DNA of 64,000 nucleotides from Salinispira sp. (GCA_965226555.1 CBDDDG010000021.1:375707-439706), one strand, 5' to 3'. Counted from the stretch's first letter, positions 1 through 12,298 are shown. Notes: generated from the letters alone by a model not told the origin. Numbers and translations are program-made.

Positions 1-762
1 CGATTTGCGGAGTATCTTGCGAATCTCGATAAATCGTATTGTGCTGAGCTGAGCTTTGGAGCCGAGACAGATACATTAGACCCTCACGGCAGGGTTGCGG
101 CTACCGGTCCATTACCGCATAGGGATTCGCTGCTCAGATGCATGAGGCAATTTCAGGGAAAAATAGATCAGACGCCGCCTGAATTTTCTGCCATTCACAT
201 ACAGGGAAAAAGAGCTTATCAACGCGCCCGCTCTGGAGAAGAATTTACGATGCCGACCCGCAGAATACATATATATTCTCTTCGCCTGCTCAATTATGAT
301 GGTTCTCATGCGTCAATTTCTCTTGAATGCTCGAAGGGAACCTATGTGCGGAGCCTTGCCCGCGATATTGCCCATTGCGCGGGAACCCGGGCTCATCTCA
401 CACAACTTCAGAGAACCTCCATTGGCGCATTCACCTCACTCAATGCCCTTGATCTTGACGATTTTCTCGCACTCTCGAACGCGGAAATAGGAAAACGCCG
501 TATCTGGGGCAGTAAGCTTCTTCAGGCAGTTCCCCATATCCAGAAAATCACAATATCCGATACTATACTGCCGGCTATCAGAAATGGTAAACAATTATAC
601 CTCTCCGACATTGCCGGCGCATCAGCAGAATTGGAACCTGGCCTCAGCGCCTTAGTGAATAGTTCGGATGACATACAGGCCATTGTTGAAGTGCCGGAAG
701 ATCTTTCATCTGCGCCGGTACGGATAAAATACCGAAGAGTATTTTATACACTTGACATATAG
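1..762 (+). CDS. truB: tRNA pseudouridine(55) synthase TruB (5' partial)
   Basis: Frame open from base 1 (DKSYCAELSFGAETDTLD); motifs PPEFSAIHIQGKRAY and CSKGTYVRSLARD. Confidence 0.95.
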   Translation, partial: RFAEYLANLDKSYCAELSFGAETDTLDPHGRVAATGPLPHRDSLLRCMRQFQGKIDQTPPEFSAIHIQGKRAYQRARSGEEFTMPTRRIHIYSLRLLNYDGSHASISLECSKGTYVRSLARDIAHCAGTRAHLTQLQRTSIGAFTSLNALDLDDFLALSNAEIGKRRIWGSKLLQAVPHIQKITISDTILPAIRNGKQLYLSDIAGASAELEPGLSALVNSSDDIQAIVEVPEDLSSAPVRIKYRRVFYTLDI

Positions 763-780
763 ATTGATTATCATCATAAT
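752..780 (+). promoter_or_regulatory. sigma70-type promoter of rpsO
   Basis: TTGACA-17 nt-CATAAT upstream of the rpsO RBS AAGGAG. Confidence 0.65.
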
Positions 781-839
781 TATTCAGAAATTTTTATGCG
801 GTAAGATAATTACCGGACGAAAAAAAGGAGTTACAATAC

Positions 840-1109
840 ATGCCGCTTTTGAAAACACGGGTGGAGAAAATTATAAAAGAATTTGGAAGTTCTGAACAAG
901 ACTCTGGTAGAACAGAGGTGCAGATTGCTCTTTTACATGAGAGAATCCATGAACTGAATGAGCATCTTCAAACCCATAAAAAAGACCACGCATCCCGTCG
1001 CGGACTGCTTAAGCTTGTCGGACAGCGGCGCAGGCTACTCCGCTATTTAAAGCGGAAAAATCTTGAAAGTTATCGTGCTATTCTTGCAAAATTAGGTCTG
1101 CGAAAATAG
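840..1109 (+). CDS. rpsO: 30S ribosomal protein S15
   Basis: [37 protein letters not shown]; 89 aa. Confidence 0.98.
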   Translation: MPLLKTRVEKIIKEFGSSEQDSGRTEVQIALLHERIHELNEHLQTHKKDHASRRGLLKLVGQRRRLLRYLKRKNLESYRAILAKLGLRK

Positions 1110-1180
1110 TACAAAGTTTTGCAGAAATAAAATTTTCTGCAAATTGAGAGAATGCTGAGAATAGAAAAAGCATTCCAACC

Positions 1181-1222
1181 CGGACGTATGGGCAAGCGGG
1201 AGGCGCAGCCTCCGACCAGCCC
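1181..1222. repeat. GC-rich dispersed repeat (REP-like, family G)
   Basis: GGACGTATGGGCAAGCGGGAGGCGCAGCCTCCGACCAGCCC matches copies near 10775, 13080, 23472, 35730, 35812, 53810, 53862 and 62298. Confidence 0.7.
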
Positions 1223-1257
1223 TCTGAAACCTGCGCGTTACGCAAAAGTTTCATGTA

Positions 1258-1311
1258 GAAAATTTTGCATTGGAAAATTGTGCGTGCACAATTTCCAGTA
1301 GCAAAAGTTTC
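1258..1311. repeat. AT-rich nested palindromic element (outer A arms around inner B hairpin)
   Basis: GAAAATTTTGCATTGGAAAATTGTGCGTGCACAATTTCCAGTAGCAAAAGTTTC between rpsO and pnp. Confidence 0.85.
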
Positions 1312-1333
1312 ATGTACTATCTTAGGAGAACCA

Positions 1334-3622
1334 ATGCATCGTATCGCATTACAAATTGGGGCGGAAACCCTTACTCTTGAAACCGGCAGAATGGCTAAGC
1401 AGGCAAATGGATCTGTATTTGCTACCTTAGGCGAATCTGCTGTTATCGCAACAACCTGTTGCGGATCAGAACCAGTGGAAGGACTCGATTACGTCCCTCT
1501 TTCTGTCGAATATAACGAAAAATATTATGCCGCAGGCAAAATTCCCGGGGGCTTCCTGAAACGGGAAGGGCGCCCGAAGGATAAGGAAATACTTGTCTCA
1601 CGCCTCATTGATCGGCCCCTGCGCCCGCTTTTCGACAAGGCATTCGGCAGGGAGATACAGGTTGTTCCAACAGTTATTTCAACCGATATGGTAAACCCGC
1701 CGGATATACTTGGCATGGTTGCCGCATCGGCTTCTGTTGTTATTTCAGACATTCCCTTCAATGGTCCTGTGGGGGCTGTGCGGGTGAGTCTGACGAATGA
1801 TGAATACATCATTAATCCATCATTCCAGCAAATTTCTCAGAGCACACTGGATATTGTTGTTGCAGGTACTATGGACGGTATTACCATGGTCGAAGGCGGC
1901 GCAAAGGAAGTGAGTGAAGAGCAGATGATTGAGGCCATTGAGAAGGCCCGTCCTGTTATTACACAAATTTGCGAACTTCAGATGGAACTGCAGAAACTGG
2001 CAGGCAAAAGTAAGTTGCCCATTCAGAAGGAAAAAGACGATCTTGAATGCGCCGATGCCATACGCTCGAAAGCGCGAGCGGGAATGGAAAAGGCCTGTTT
2101 TATAAAGGGTAAATTTGAACGGCGTGAAGCCATAAACGCAATTATCCATGAATGCGCCGCCGAATTTGCCGACAAACTTGCGGAAGGGAGCGAAAAGCAA
2201 TTTCATGCGATCTTTGAAGATATGGAACAGAGCATTCTCCGCACTTCCATTATTGAAAAAAATCTTCGTGTAGATGGAAGGTCTCCCGTTGACATTCGTC
2301 CGATACGTGTTGAGAAAGATGTGCTCCCGAGGGCCCATGGTTCGGCCTTGTTTACCAGAGGAGAAACGCAGGCTCTGGCAGTAACAACTCTCGGTACCGT
2401 AAACGATGAGCAGGTTCGGGATGACATTGATGGAGACAGGCGCGAGTCCTTTATGCTCCACTATAACTTTCCCCCATTTAGTGTTGGTGAAACAGGCCGC
2501 CTCGGAACCGGCCGCAGAGAAATTGGTCACGGACATCTTGCCTACAGGGCATTGTCTTCTGTACTGCCGGTAAAGCATGATTTTCCATATACAATCCGGA
2601 TTGTTTCCGAAGTTCTCGAATCAAACGGATCATCATCCATGGCAACAGTCTGCGCCGGTGCGCTCTCCCTCCTCAATGCGGGGGTTCCTGTGAGCAAGCC
2701 GGTCGCCGGTATTGCAATGGGAATGGTTCAGGAAGGTGAAAATACTGTCATACTCAGTGATATTCTTGGAGAAGAGGATCATTTGGGCGATATGGATTTT
2801 AAGGTTGCGGGCACGGAAAATGGAATTACTGCCTTCCAGATGGATATAAAGGTCTCAAATGTCAGCCCTGAAATAATGAAAACAGCGCTTTCTCAGGCTC
2901 GTGAAGGACGTTTGCACATACTTAACATTATGAATGAGCTCATATCGGAACCGCAGACTGAGTTGAGTGAGTATGCTCCCCGTATTATCACCTTCACTGT
3001 CGATGCCGATGTTATCGGAACCCTCATTGGTCCCGGCGGTAAAACAATTAAGAGCGTAAATGAAAAGTATGGAGTCGAAACCAACATTGAAAACAGCGGC
3101 ACCATTACCATCTATTCCACGAATGCGGATGCTGCCCGCAAAGCCAAGGACAGCTTTCTCACTCTCCTAGAAGACCCTGAGGTCGGGAGGGTATACGATG
3201 GCGTTGTCAGGCGGATAACCGATTTCGGCGCCTTCATTGAAATACTGCCCGGTAAGGACGGGCTGTGCCACATTTCAAAAATGTCAAAGGAACGGATTGA
3301 TAAGGTTGAAGATGTTCTTCAGATGAATCAGCAGGTGAGCGTGCGGGTTATTGAGGTTGATAGAATGGGTCGGGTGAATCTGACAACTCTTATTGATGAA
3401 GATATCAAACCATACCGGAGAGATGACGGCGGGCCGCACCGGAGAGACGGAGGCGGGTCGCACCGAAGAGACGGCGGCGGATCGCATCGGCACGATGGCG
3501 GCGGTTCACATCGTCGGGATAGCGGACCCTACCGGAGAGATGACGGTGGTTCGCACCGGAGAGATGACGGCTCCTATAACAGACGAAAACCAAACCATCG
3601 CCCAAGGAATCCGCGAGGCTAG
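1334..3622 (+). CDS. pnp: polyribonucleotide nucleotidyltransferase (PNPase)
   Basis: ETGRMAKQANG, RREIGHG, ESNGSSSMA, EDHLGDMDFKVAG, KH and S1 domains; start placed at ATG 1334 after RBS AGGAGA (the ORF-track start lies inside the palindrome). Confidence 0.97.
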   Translation: MHRIALQIGAETLTLETGRMAKQANGSVFATLGESAVIATTCCGSEPVEGLDYVPLSVEYNEKYYAAGKIPGGFLKREGRPKDKEILVSRLIDRPLRPLFDKAFGREIQVVPTVISTDMVNPPDILGMVAASASVVISDIPFNGPVGAVRVSLTNDEYIINPSFQQISQSTLDIVVAGTMDGITMVEGGAKEVSEEQMIEAIEKARPVITQICELQMELQKLAGKSKLPIQKEKDDLECADAIRSKARAGMEKACFIKGKFERREAINAIIHECAAEFADKLAEGSEKQFHAIFEDMEQSILRTSIIEKNLRVDGRSPVDIRPIRVEKDVLPRAHGSALFTRGETQALAVTTLGTVNDEQVRDDIDGDRRESFMLHYNFPPFSVGETGRLGTGRREIGHGHLAYRALSSVLPVKHDFPYTIRIVSEVLESNGSSSMATVCAGALSLLNAGVPVSKPVAGIAMGMVQEGENTVILSDILGEEDHLGDMDFKVAGTENGITAFQMDIKVSNVSPEIMKTALSQAREGRLHILNIMNELISEPQTELSEYAPRIITFTVDADVIGTLIGPGGKTIKSVNEKYGVETNIENSGTITIYSTNADAARKAKDSFLTLLEDPEVGRVYDGVVRRITDFGAFIEILPGKDGLCHISKMSKERIDKVEDVLQMNQQVSVRVIEVDRMGRVNLTTLIDEDIKPYRRDDGGPHRRDGGGSHRRDGGGSHRHDGGGSHRRDSGPYRRDDGGSHRRDDGSYNRRKPNHRPRNPRG
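3411..3580 (+). repeat. 24-nt coding tandem repeat (RRDxGGxH, about 7 units) in the PNPase tail
   Basis: PYRRDDGG PHRRDGGG SHRRDGGG SHRHDGGG SHRRDSG PYRRDDGG SHRRDDG. Confidence 0.85.
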
Positions 3623-3639
3623 GGGAACGCAGGGCCATC

Positions 3640-4128
3640 ATGAACGACGAAAGCCGCCCGCAGGAAAATCGGCAGAGAAGCCACCCGCGCATTTCCATAC
3701 GCTGCCATGTTTCCGGCGGCGGCCCTGTGCCATTCTACGGAACGCCGTATTCATCGGGCTGTGACATCGCAGTAGCAATTTCACAGCCTGTGAATGTTCG
3801 CCCCATGGAGCGGGCGCTTCTTCCAACGGGAATCCGCCTAGAAATTCCAGCCGGATACGAGGCCCAGATACGCCTTCGTTCGGGAAAGTCGCTGAACGGT
3901 CTGATCCTGCCCAATGCGCCCGCAACCATTGATGCCGATTACCGCGGTGAAATAAAACTCATATGCGCAAATGTGGGCATTGAACCGATTCTCATACAGC
4001 CCGGCGAGAAAATTGCCCAACTTGTCTTTGCCCCGGTCGTCCATGCCAATTTTATTGAAGTTGAAAACGAGGAAGATTTACTGAAAAGCACACGGGGCGG
4101 TAAGGGCTTTGGAAGTACCGGATTCTGA
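3640..4128 (+). CDS. dut: dUTP diphosphatase
   Basis: PTGIRLEIPAGYEAQIR.RSG, TIDADYRGEI, RGGKGFGSTG. Confidence 0.93.
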   Translation: MNDESRPQENRQRSHPRISIRCHVSGGGPVPFYGTPYSSGCDIAVAISQPVNVRPMERALLPTGIRLEIPAGYEAQIRLRSGKSLNGLILPNAPATIDADYRGEIKLICANVGIEPILIQPGEKIAQLVFAPVVHANFIEVENEEDLLKSTRGGKGFGSTGF

Positions 4129-4129
4129 C

Positions 4130-5440
4130 ATGACAATTCCCTCAGCTATCGGGCGCAGCCGCGCACCCTATGATAGAAAAATACCATTACCCGGTCTTAT
4201 GTTACAGCGCTATATATGCGCGGAATATTTGTTTTCGTTTTTTGTGGCATTTCTGTTTTTCGTTTCCATTTTTTTTGTTAACCAAATACTTGTGCTCGCC
4301 AGAAATCAGTTGGCGGAGATGGTCTCACTGCTGGATACCCTGCGCCTTATTCTCTACGCATTGCCGGCAATTATCGCGCTTGCGGTGCCCTATGCATCCT
4401 TCATTGGTGTTATTCTGGCAATTGGTAAACTCAGCGAGGGTTGCGAGATTCTTGCCGCAAGAGCCAACGGGTTCGGCATATTTACCCTCCTCATTCCGGT
4501 GTTACTCACTGCGCTGGGGCTCAGCAGTATATCGTTCATGGTTAATGATTATTTACTGCCGGTAAGTACAATGAATTACAGTCGATTTTATCAGGAATTA
4601 CTTTACTCAAACCCCCGGCTGGTAATTGAACCCTATGCTATCCGAAAATATGACAATAGCATTCTCATTACCGGCAATGTCGATGATCTGAGTATCGATG
4701 GTCTTATGATTCTCGACAAAACAAACGATGGCACTGACCGCACAATAAATGCCCGTCAGGCTGAACTGCAGCGCAATGATCGTCAACAGGGAATTATCAC
4801 ACTTAAGCTGGAAAATGTGGAAATGTTCAGCATGACCAATTCAATTATCCAAGAGAGTTCCGCGGACTCCATGGAATACAATATCCTCCTTGAAGACATT
4901 GCGCTCAGTGTCGGTAATCCAAGTGTGCGTGAAATGAGTGCCAGAGATGTGCATGGACTCATACAGGAGCAGGAAATAGTCGCGGAAACCCAATTCAAAA
5001 CCGATCTGATGCAGTATGTTAATGCCGCTTCGGCATTCTATATCAATTACTTCGCCCACATAGCCATGGAAAACAGCAATGATCATTCGCAGATTTTAGA
5101 TTATCATAAAAACCTTCCCGAACTTCCCAGGGAGTCCGGATATAATCGCACGCTCAGGTTATATCGGATGGAATTCTGGAAAAAATTTTCCATACCCTTT
5201 GCAAGCCTGACCTTTATTCTCATAGGATTTCCGCTTGGCCTCACAGCTTTGAAGGTTGGAAGAAATGTCGGTATCTTTACCGGCTTTCTTCTCGGCGGAA
5301 TATACTGGGGACTGCTTCTTCTCAATGAGTTTATCGGCATTCGGCTCATTGAGGTTCCGACCTTCTTCATTGCCTTTTCCCCCAATTTTGCAATGATTAT
5401 CGTTGGCATTTTATTGATCCGTCTTTACTTCAAGCACTGA
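4130..5440 (+). CDS. lptF: LptF/LptG family permease
   Basis: 3+3 TM layout, EILAARANG, EFWKKFSIPFA; paired with a second permease. Confidence 0.8.
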   Translation: MTIPSAIGRSRAPYDRKIPLPGLMLQRYICAEYLFSFFVAFLFFVSIFFVNQILVLARNQLAEMVSLLDTLRLILYALPAIIALAVPYASFIGVILAIGKLSEGCEILAARANGFGIFTLLIPVLLTALGLSSISFMVNDYLLPVSTMNYSRFYQELLYSNPRLVIEPYAIRKYDNSILITGNVDDLSIDGLMILDKTNDGTDRTINARQAELQRNDRQQGIITLKLENVEMFSMTNSIIQESSADSMEYNILLEDIALSVGNPSVREMSARDVHGLIQEQEIVAETQFKTDLMQYVNAASAFYINYFAHIAMENSNDHSQILDYHKNLPELPRESGYNRTLRLYRMEFWKKFSIPFASLTFILIGFPLGLTALKVGRNVGIFTGFLLGGIYWGLLLLNEFIGIRLIEVPTFFIAFSPNFAMIIVGILLIRLYFKH

Positions 5441-5535
5441 GAAAATCGCTCGCAACGCAAAACTTTCCATTATGTGTATGCAAAGTGTGAGACAGAATCA
5501 TACAAATTGTGTATATTAGCGTTCTGAGCTGTTTC

Positions 5536-6633
5536 ATGTCTACGTTGTCGAAGTTATTGCTAATTAATTTTCTTCCGGTATTTATCGGAGCATTCGCATT
5601 TTTTGTTATTCTCATTAACATTGCCGATCTCTTTGTAAGTATTGTCCGATACATTGAAAACGATGTTGCGTTTCTGAACATCCTCCAGCTTCAATATCTC
5701 TTTTTACCCCAATGTATGGTATTTGCGCTCCCAATTGCGCTCCTCTTTTCTGTATCGTATTCCATGGGAATGCTGTATTCCAATAATGAAACAATCGCAA
5801 TTTTCGGGAGCGGAATCAGTCTGAAGCAATTTATCACTCCCCTGATCATAATTGCAGTGTTCCTGAGCGTCGCTCTTTTTCTTACACAGAATTATCTTGC
5901 TATCCCCCTGTTAAAAGATAAGGATACCCTGAGTCAGCAGTTGCTGAGAAATCAACCAATTAATCTTGATCAATCCGATGTGAACATTCAGACAGAAAGC
6001 GGGAGGGTAATTTACAGCGCGGGATATTACGACAGCGCTGACAATAAGCTCACCGATGTAACAGTCATTATCCGCGATGAGAATAGGGCGATACTCACTC
6101 ACATTGCAGCTGAATGGGCGCTGTGGGAGGATGAAAAATGGCAATTTTATGAAGTAACATATATTACCCGTCTTCCGGCATCAGATAATGCTGAGAGTTC
6201 CGACTTTGTTATAGAGGAACATGCCGTGCATTCACAGGACGATGTGAACCTTCTTCCTGAAAATTTCCAAAACCAATTTGGCGAAATTGAAGAAATGGAT
6301 ATTACAGAGGCGCGGAACTATGTGCGGTTTCTCCGAAACAGCGGATTTCCCTTCAGAGAAGAGCTCACAAAATATCATGAGCGCTATTCATTCGCATTAA
6401 CGCCCCTCATTGTTACCCTGCTTTCTGTGGCAATTGGCGGAAGGTACCGGAAAAACATTCTGGGCATGAGCCTTCTGGTTTCACTCAGCCTTTCAATTGT
6501 GTATTACTGCATTCAATTATTGTCTGGTCTTCTTGCCACCGTCGGCGCTCTCGACAGCATTGTCGGCGCGTGGGCAGGAACACTTCTTACCGGAAGCAGC
6601 GCGATGTATCTGCTGAATAAGGCCAAAACCTAG
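5536..6633 (+). CDS. lptG: LptF/LptG family permease
   Basis: LPIALLFS, NETIAIFGSGIS, YHERYSFAL. Confidence 0.8.
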   Translation: MSTLSKLLLINFLPVFIGAFAFFVILINIADLFVSIVRYIENDVAFLNILQLQYLFLPQCMVFALPIALLFSVSYSMGMLYSNNETIAIFGSGISLKQFITPLIIIAVFLSVALFLTQNYLAIPLLKDKDTLSQQLLRNQPINLDQSDVNIQTESGRVIYSAGYYDSADNKLTDVTVIIRDENRAILTHIAAEWALWEDEKWQFYEVTYITRLPASDNAESSDFVIEEHAVHSQDDVNLLPENFQNQFGEIEEMDITEARNYVRFLRNSGFPFREELTKYHERYSFALTPLIVTLLSVAIGGRYRKNILGMSLLVSLSLSIVYYCIQLLSGLLATVGALDSIVGAWAGTLLTGSSAMYLLNKAKT

Positions 6634-6642
6634 GAAGCATGA

Positions 6643-9338
<2,696 letters not shown>

Positions 9339-9395
9339 GCATAATAAGTAGATCATGGTAAGTAGATCATGGTAAGTAATAGAGGAGGCAGGGCA

Positions 9396-10727
9396 ATGAA
9401 GATAATAGGTGTTTTTCTTATAATTCTCTCCATATCAATCGGCGCAGAAAACATCGACACTGAAGGAGAAGATCAGACTGCGGAATGGAAAAAAACATTG
9501 CAGTTTGGTATTGAACAGAATGTACTTTCGACTATTGATTCCATGATTGAAGAGAAATCGGATATTCTCACGGAAGATGTCTCAGCTCTTTTCGGCAGCA
9601 GGCGCGATTCTCTGCGCATAAAGGTCATGGATTTTTTTGAGGCCTTCGAAAGCGATGACCTCATTCCCTTGGTCATTGATGAACTCCAATTTTATCAGGA
9701 TGGTACTTCTCCGCAGTTTACTGCCCGTCTTATCGAACATCTCTCAGAACGCAGGCATAGTATCAATGAAGATCTGTGGGATCTGTTTCAGGAAATGCTG
9801 CAGGAAGAGGGTAATCTCGTGAAATCGACAATAATCGCATATCTTGGAGATAGTCAATATCAGCCAGCGGCAGTAATTCTGGAAGAATTGTATACAAAGG
9901 CAGATCAATCGCTCCAGGAAAACATTCTGCGGTCTCTGGGAAAAATACAGGATGAAAATAGTCGGAGATTGATTTTTGATCTGATTCAGGATGAAAATAT
10001 CGACCGCTCTCTGCGCATTGCCGCAGTGTATGCCGCTGGATCATATGCTGATGCCGCAGCGCTCGAACAGATCATCCGACTTGTTTCGGTTCAGGATATT
10101 TTTCTGAGAACTGCCGCTGTTTCTGCCCTGTCTGAATTTTCTTCCCCCGATGTTCAGGAACTCTATCTTGAAGCCCTCAGAGATGAACAGTGGAGAATAC
10201 GCCTCAATGTTCTCAAGAGCATTGAGAAGGATCCCTTCCCGCAAAGCTTTCCCGCGCTGGAATATATGGCGAAAAATGATCCTGAAACAGTTATTCGTCA
10301 GCAGGCGCTGCAGACTATTTCAGCTCTCAATATCGATGCGGGCTGGGAATTTCTGCGTACTATTCTCACCGATACCATGTTTGCTGAATCGTACCGGCGC
10401 AGTGCCGCAATCCTTCTTATACAAAATGACTTCGCCGCCTCTTCCGACATTATTGAAGACAGTATGATGAATGAATGGGATAAAAAGGATAGCCGACTTC
10501 TCGATGCCATATGTAAAGAGCTGAGTATTACAGAATTATCTGCTGCGGCAGGGCTATATGAGAAAATGCTGCATCATAGTAATTTTGTTATCCAGATATA
10601 TGGTGTTCGGGGAATCGGCCGGAACAGAATTTTCGCCCTCCGGCAAAACCTAGAAGCTATCGCCGACCGGAAGAACATTAATTCTTCCCTAAAAAGAAAC
10701 ATCGAAGAGGCTCTTAAACAATTATAA
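9396..10727 (+). CDS. exported HEAT-repeat protein
   Basis: Signal peptide; HEAT-like repeats (ALRDEQWRIR, NDPETVIRQQA); RBS GAGGAGG. Confidence 0.8.
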   Translation: MKIIGVFLIILSISIGAENIDTEGEDQTAEWKKTLQFGIEQNVLSTIDSMIEEKSDILTEDVSALFGSRRDSLRIKVMDFFEAFESDDLIPLVIDELQFYQDGTSPQFTARLIEHLSERRHSINEDLWDLFQEMLQEEGNLVKSTIIAYLGDSQYQPAAVILEELYTKADQSLQENILRSLGKIQDENSRRLIFDLIQDENIDRSLRIAAVYAAGSYADAAALEQIIRLVSVQDIFLRTAAVSALSEFSSPDVQELYLEALRDEQWRIRLNVLKSIEKDPFPQSFPALEYMAKNDPETVIRQQALQTISALNIDAGWEFLRTILTDTMFAESYRRSAAILLIQNDFAASSDIIEDSMMNEWDKKDSRLLDAICKELSITELSAAAGLYEKMLHHSNFVIQIYGVRGIGRNRIFALRQNLEAIADRKNINSSLKRNIEEALKQL

Positions 10728-10761
10728 AACCCATCATCCGGCAATGGCGATATTGGCGGAT

Positions 10762-10860
10762 TATCCCCGGGCGCATGGGCGAGCAGGCGCGGAGCGCCGA
10801 CCAGCCACGGGCGCGCGCATGGCGAGCCGGATGCTCGGTCGAGCAGGCAGAGCTGTTCCA
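10762..10860. repeat. GC-rich repeat cluster (family G) downstream of rpn
   Basis: GCATGGGCGAGCAGGCGCGGAGCGCCGACCAGCC..GCATGGCGAGCCGGATGCTCGGTCGAGCAGGCAGAGC; also at 13060-13165 and 14680-14727. Confidence 0.75.
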
Positions 10861-10861
10861 A

Positions 10862-11137
10862 TTAATGCGGTCCGTTCCGCACTGTCCGCATTTCCTCATC
10901 GCTCAGCCCGGTAACATCCTGAATGTCATGGGCTGAAAATCCTTTGGAAAACATACTGCGGGCCGTTTCTCGAATGCCTCTCGCCATTCCTTTTGCAAGA
11001 CCTTTCTGCATTCCCTGCTCAAGACCTTCAACACGACCTTTCAGAATGCCTTTCTCCATTCCCTGCTCAAGACCCTCAATCCGGCCCTTCGCAATACCTT
11101 CCCTGACGAAGGCGTTGGTAATATTATATGTCCGCAT
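10862..11137 (-). CDS. putative small intragenic Rpn antitoxin (RpnS-like), 91 aa
   Basis: AGGAG-8 nt-ATG; MRTYNITNAFVREG followed by EGxxKG repeats and a C-terminal GLSDEE helix motif. Confidence 0.6.
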   Translation of the reverse strand: MRTYNITNAFVREGIAKGRIEGLEQGMEKGILKGRVEGLEQGMQKGLAKGMARGIRETARSMFSKGFSAHDIQDVTGLSDEEMRTVRNGPH

Positions 11138-11150
11138 ACTGTTTTCTCCT

Positions 11151-11280
11151 ACTGAAACTTTTGCATTGGAAAATTGTGCAGAGCACAATTTCCAGTAGCA
11201 AAAGTTTCAAATTTGGCAGGCCTCGTTGCGCTTGGCATTCTCTCATTTTGTAGAAAGTTTTGCCTGCGGCAAAACTTTGT
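11151..11280 (-). mobile_element. 130-nt palindromic insertion in rpn
   Basis: Absent from the intact allele (CCTAG|AGGAGAAAAC); same insert at the same site at 13455-13584. Confidence 0.85.
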
Positions 11281-11345
11281 CTAGGATATAGTTTCCTGTC
11301 AATTTTCTCAAACTGTTCATACAGTTTTGGATCCAGATCTTTTAT

Positions 11346-11447
11346 ACCGAAAATTGTGCTCCGCACAATTTTCTAATCTGGATTCTCTCATCTCTATTCG
11401 TGATTCTCTCAAGATATAGAAAGTTTTGCCTGTGGCAAAACTTTGGT
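11346..11447 (-). mobile_element. 102-nt palindromic insertion in rpn
   Basis: Sense strand ACCAAAGTTTTGCC..CACAATTTTCGGT between codons GY and IKDL; absent near 13645. Confidence 0.85.
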
Positions 11448-11641
11448 ATAACCCAGCACACTCTCTGCCAGATCAGTAAAGTCTTGTGATGACAAACCGT
11501 TTAGGAGCTGCGCAATCTCTTTCAGCCCCTCAGCATTCATTTTATTGAAAATTGTGCGGAGCAAAATTTTCAGTAATGAACAGGGCTTTCCGATCGGGGT
11601 CTGAGAGGAAGGGGGCGCTGAGGCAATGCGCGGCTGTGCTG

Positions 11642-11881
11642 TTACTTTTTACCGTTTTCCCTGCTATTTTCACTACCGTTTTTCCGGGCGTTTTTCTGAA
11701 ATGCTCGAATTTCATCCTTGCTGAGCTTAGTGTACTTACGAATACGGTCTATCGACAGACCATCCATAAGCATATTGAGCGCATGATCACGCTGAGCCTG
11801 AGCTTGCCCTTGCTCAAGTCCTTGCTCAAGCCCCTGCTCAACACCTGCCCGCCATGGGTCATCTAAAAGATCTACCAACAT
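11642..11881 (-). CDS. putative small intragenic Rpn antitoxin of subfamily B, 79 aa
   Basis: GAGGAGGT-AAAACGT-ATG; MLVDLLDDPWRAGVEQGLEQGLEQG..LNMLMDGLSIDRIRKYTKLS. Confidence 0.6.
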   Translation of the reverse strand: MLVDLLDDPWRAGVEQGLEQGLEQGQAQAQRDHALNMLMDGLSIDRIRKYTKLSKDEIRAFQKNARKNGSENSRENGKK

Positions 11882-11968
11882 ACGTTTTACCTCCTCAGGA
11901 TTGTCCTGAAATAATTTCTTTGTTTCATCCCTAGTTATCTTACCAGAAAATCTCTTGAGTATCCATCC

Positions 11969-12070
11969 ACAGAAAATTGTGCTCTGCACAATTTTCCAAT
12001 GAGGATTCTCTCATCTCTATTCTTGATTCTCTCAAGGTATAGAAAGTTTTGCCACAGGCAAAACTTTGTC
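11969..12070 (-). mobile_element. 102-nt palindromic insertion in rpn-B
   Basis: Sense strand GACAAAGTTTTGCC..CACAATTTTCTGT between codons FY and GW. Confidence 0.85.
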
Positions 12071-12169
12071 ATAAAATCGCTCTTTCTTTTCGGGATTCTC
12101 ATCCTGTATTATATCTTTGAGTATGGCGATTGTTTCTTCTGTGTACTCTTCTATTGTTCCAAGATTTTC

Positions 12170-12298
12170 ACAGAAAATTGTGCTCTGCACAATTTTTCAA
12201 TAAGGATTCTCTTATCTATATTCTTGATTCTCTCAAGATATAGAAAGTTTTGCTACTGGAAATTGTGCTTGCACAATTTTCCAAGGCAAAACTTTGGT
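12170..12298 (-). mobile_element. 129-nt palindromic insertion in rpn-B (extra B hairpin nested in the A loop)
   Basis: Sense strand ACCAAAGTTTTGCC..CACAATTTTCTGT between codons YI and EN. Confidence 0.85.

Larger units (their letters stand above)
10862..11621 (-). pseudogene. Rpn subfamily A remnant (5' part lost, internal deletion, palindrome insertions)
   Basis: Pieces SAPFLSDPDRKALFI / MNAEGLKEIAQ..VLGY / IKDLDPKLYEQ..YP / GENSMRTY.. match the intact copy at 14728-15765. Confidence 0.85.

Noticed and set aside
1253..1316. ATGTA or TATA target-site duplications around intergenic palindromes
   Set aside because: The flanks are inconsistent between copies, partly extend the hairpins, and are absent at intragenic sites where empty alleles can be compared.
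1265..1333. ORF-track N-terminal extensions of pnp, the dehydrogenase (30244-30300) and ORFs starting at 11188, 13492 and 36974
   Set aside because: These starts lie inside palindromic elements; better RBS-linked ATGs lie downstream.
11151..12298. CRISPR array (palindromic repeats alternating with unique DNA)
   Set aside because: Repeats are 31-130 nt and irregularly spaced, the intervening pieces are consecutive rpn coding segments, and no cas genes are present.
11969..12298. Group I/II introns or IStrons
   Set aside because: At 102-130 nt of simple hairpins they are too short, and no ribozyme core or GUGYG..AY ends are recognisable.
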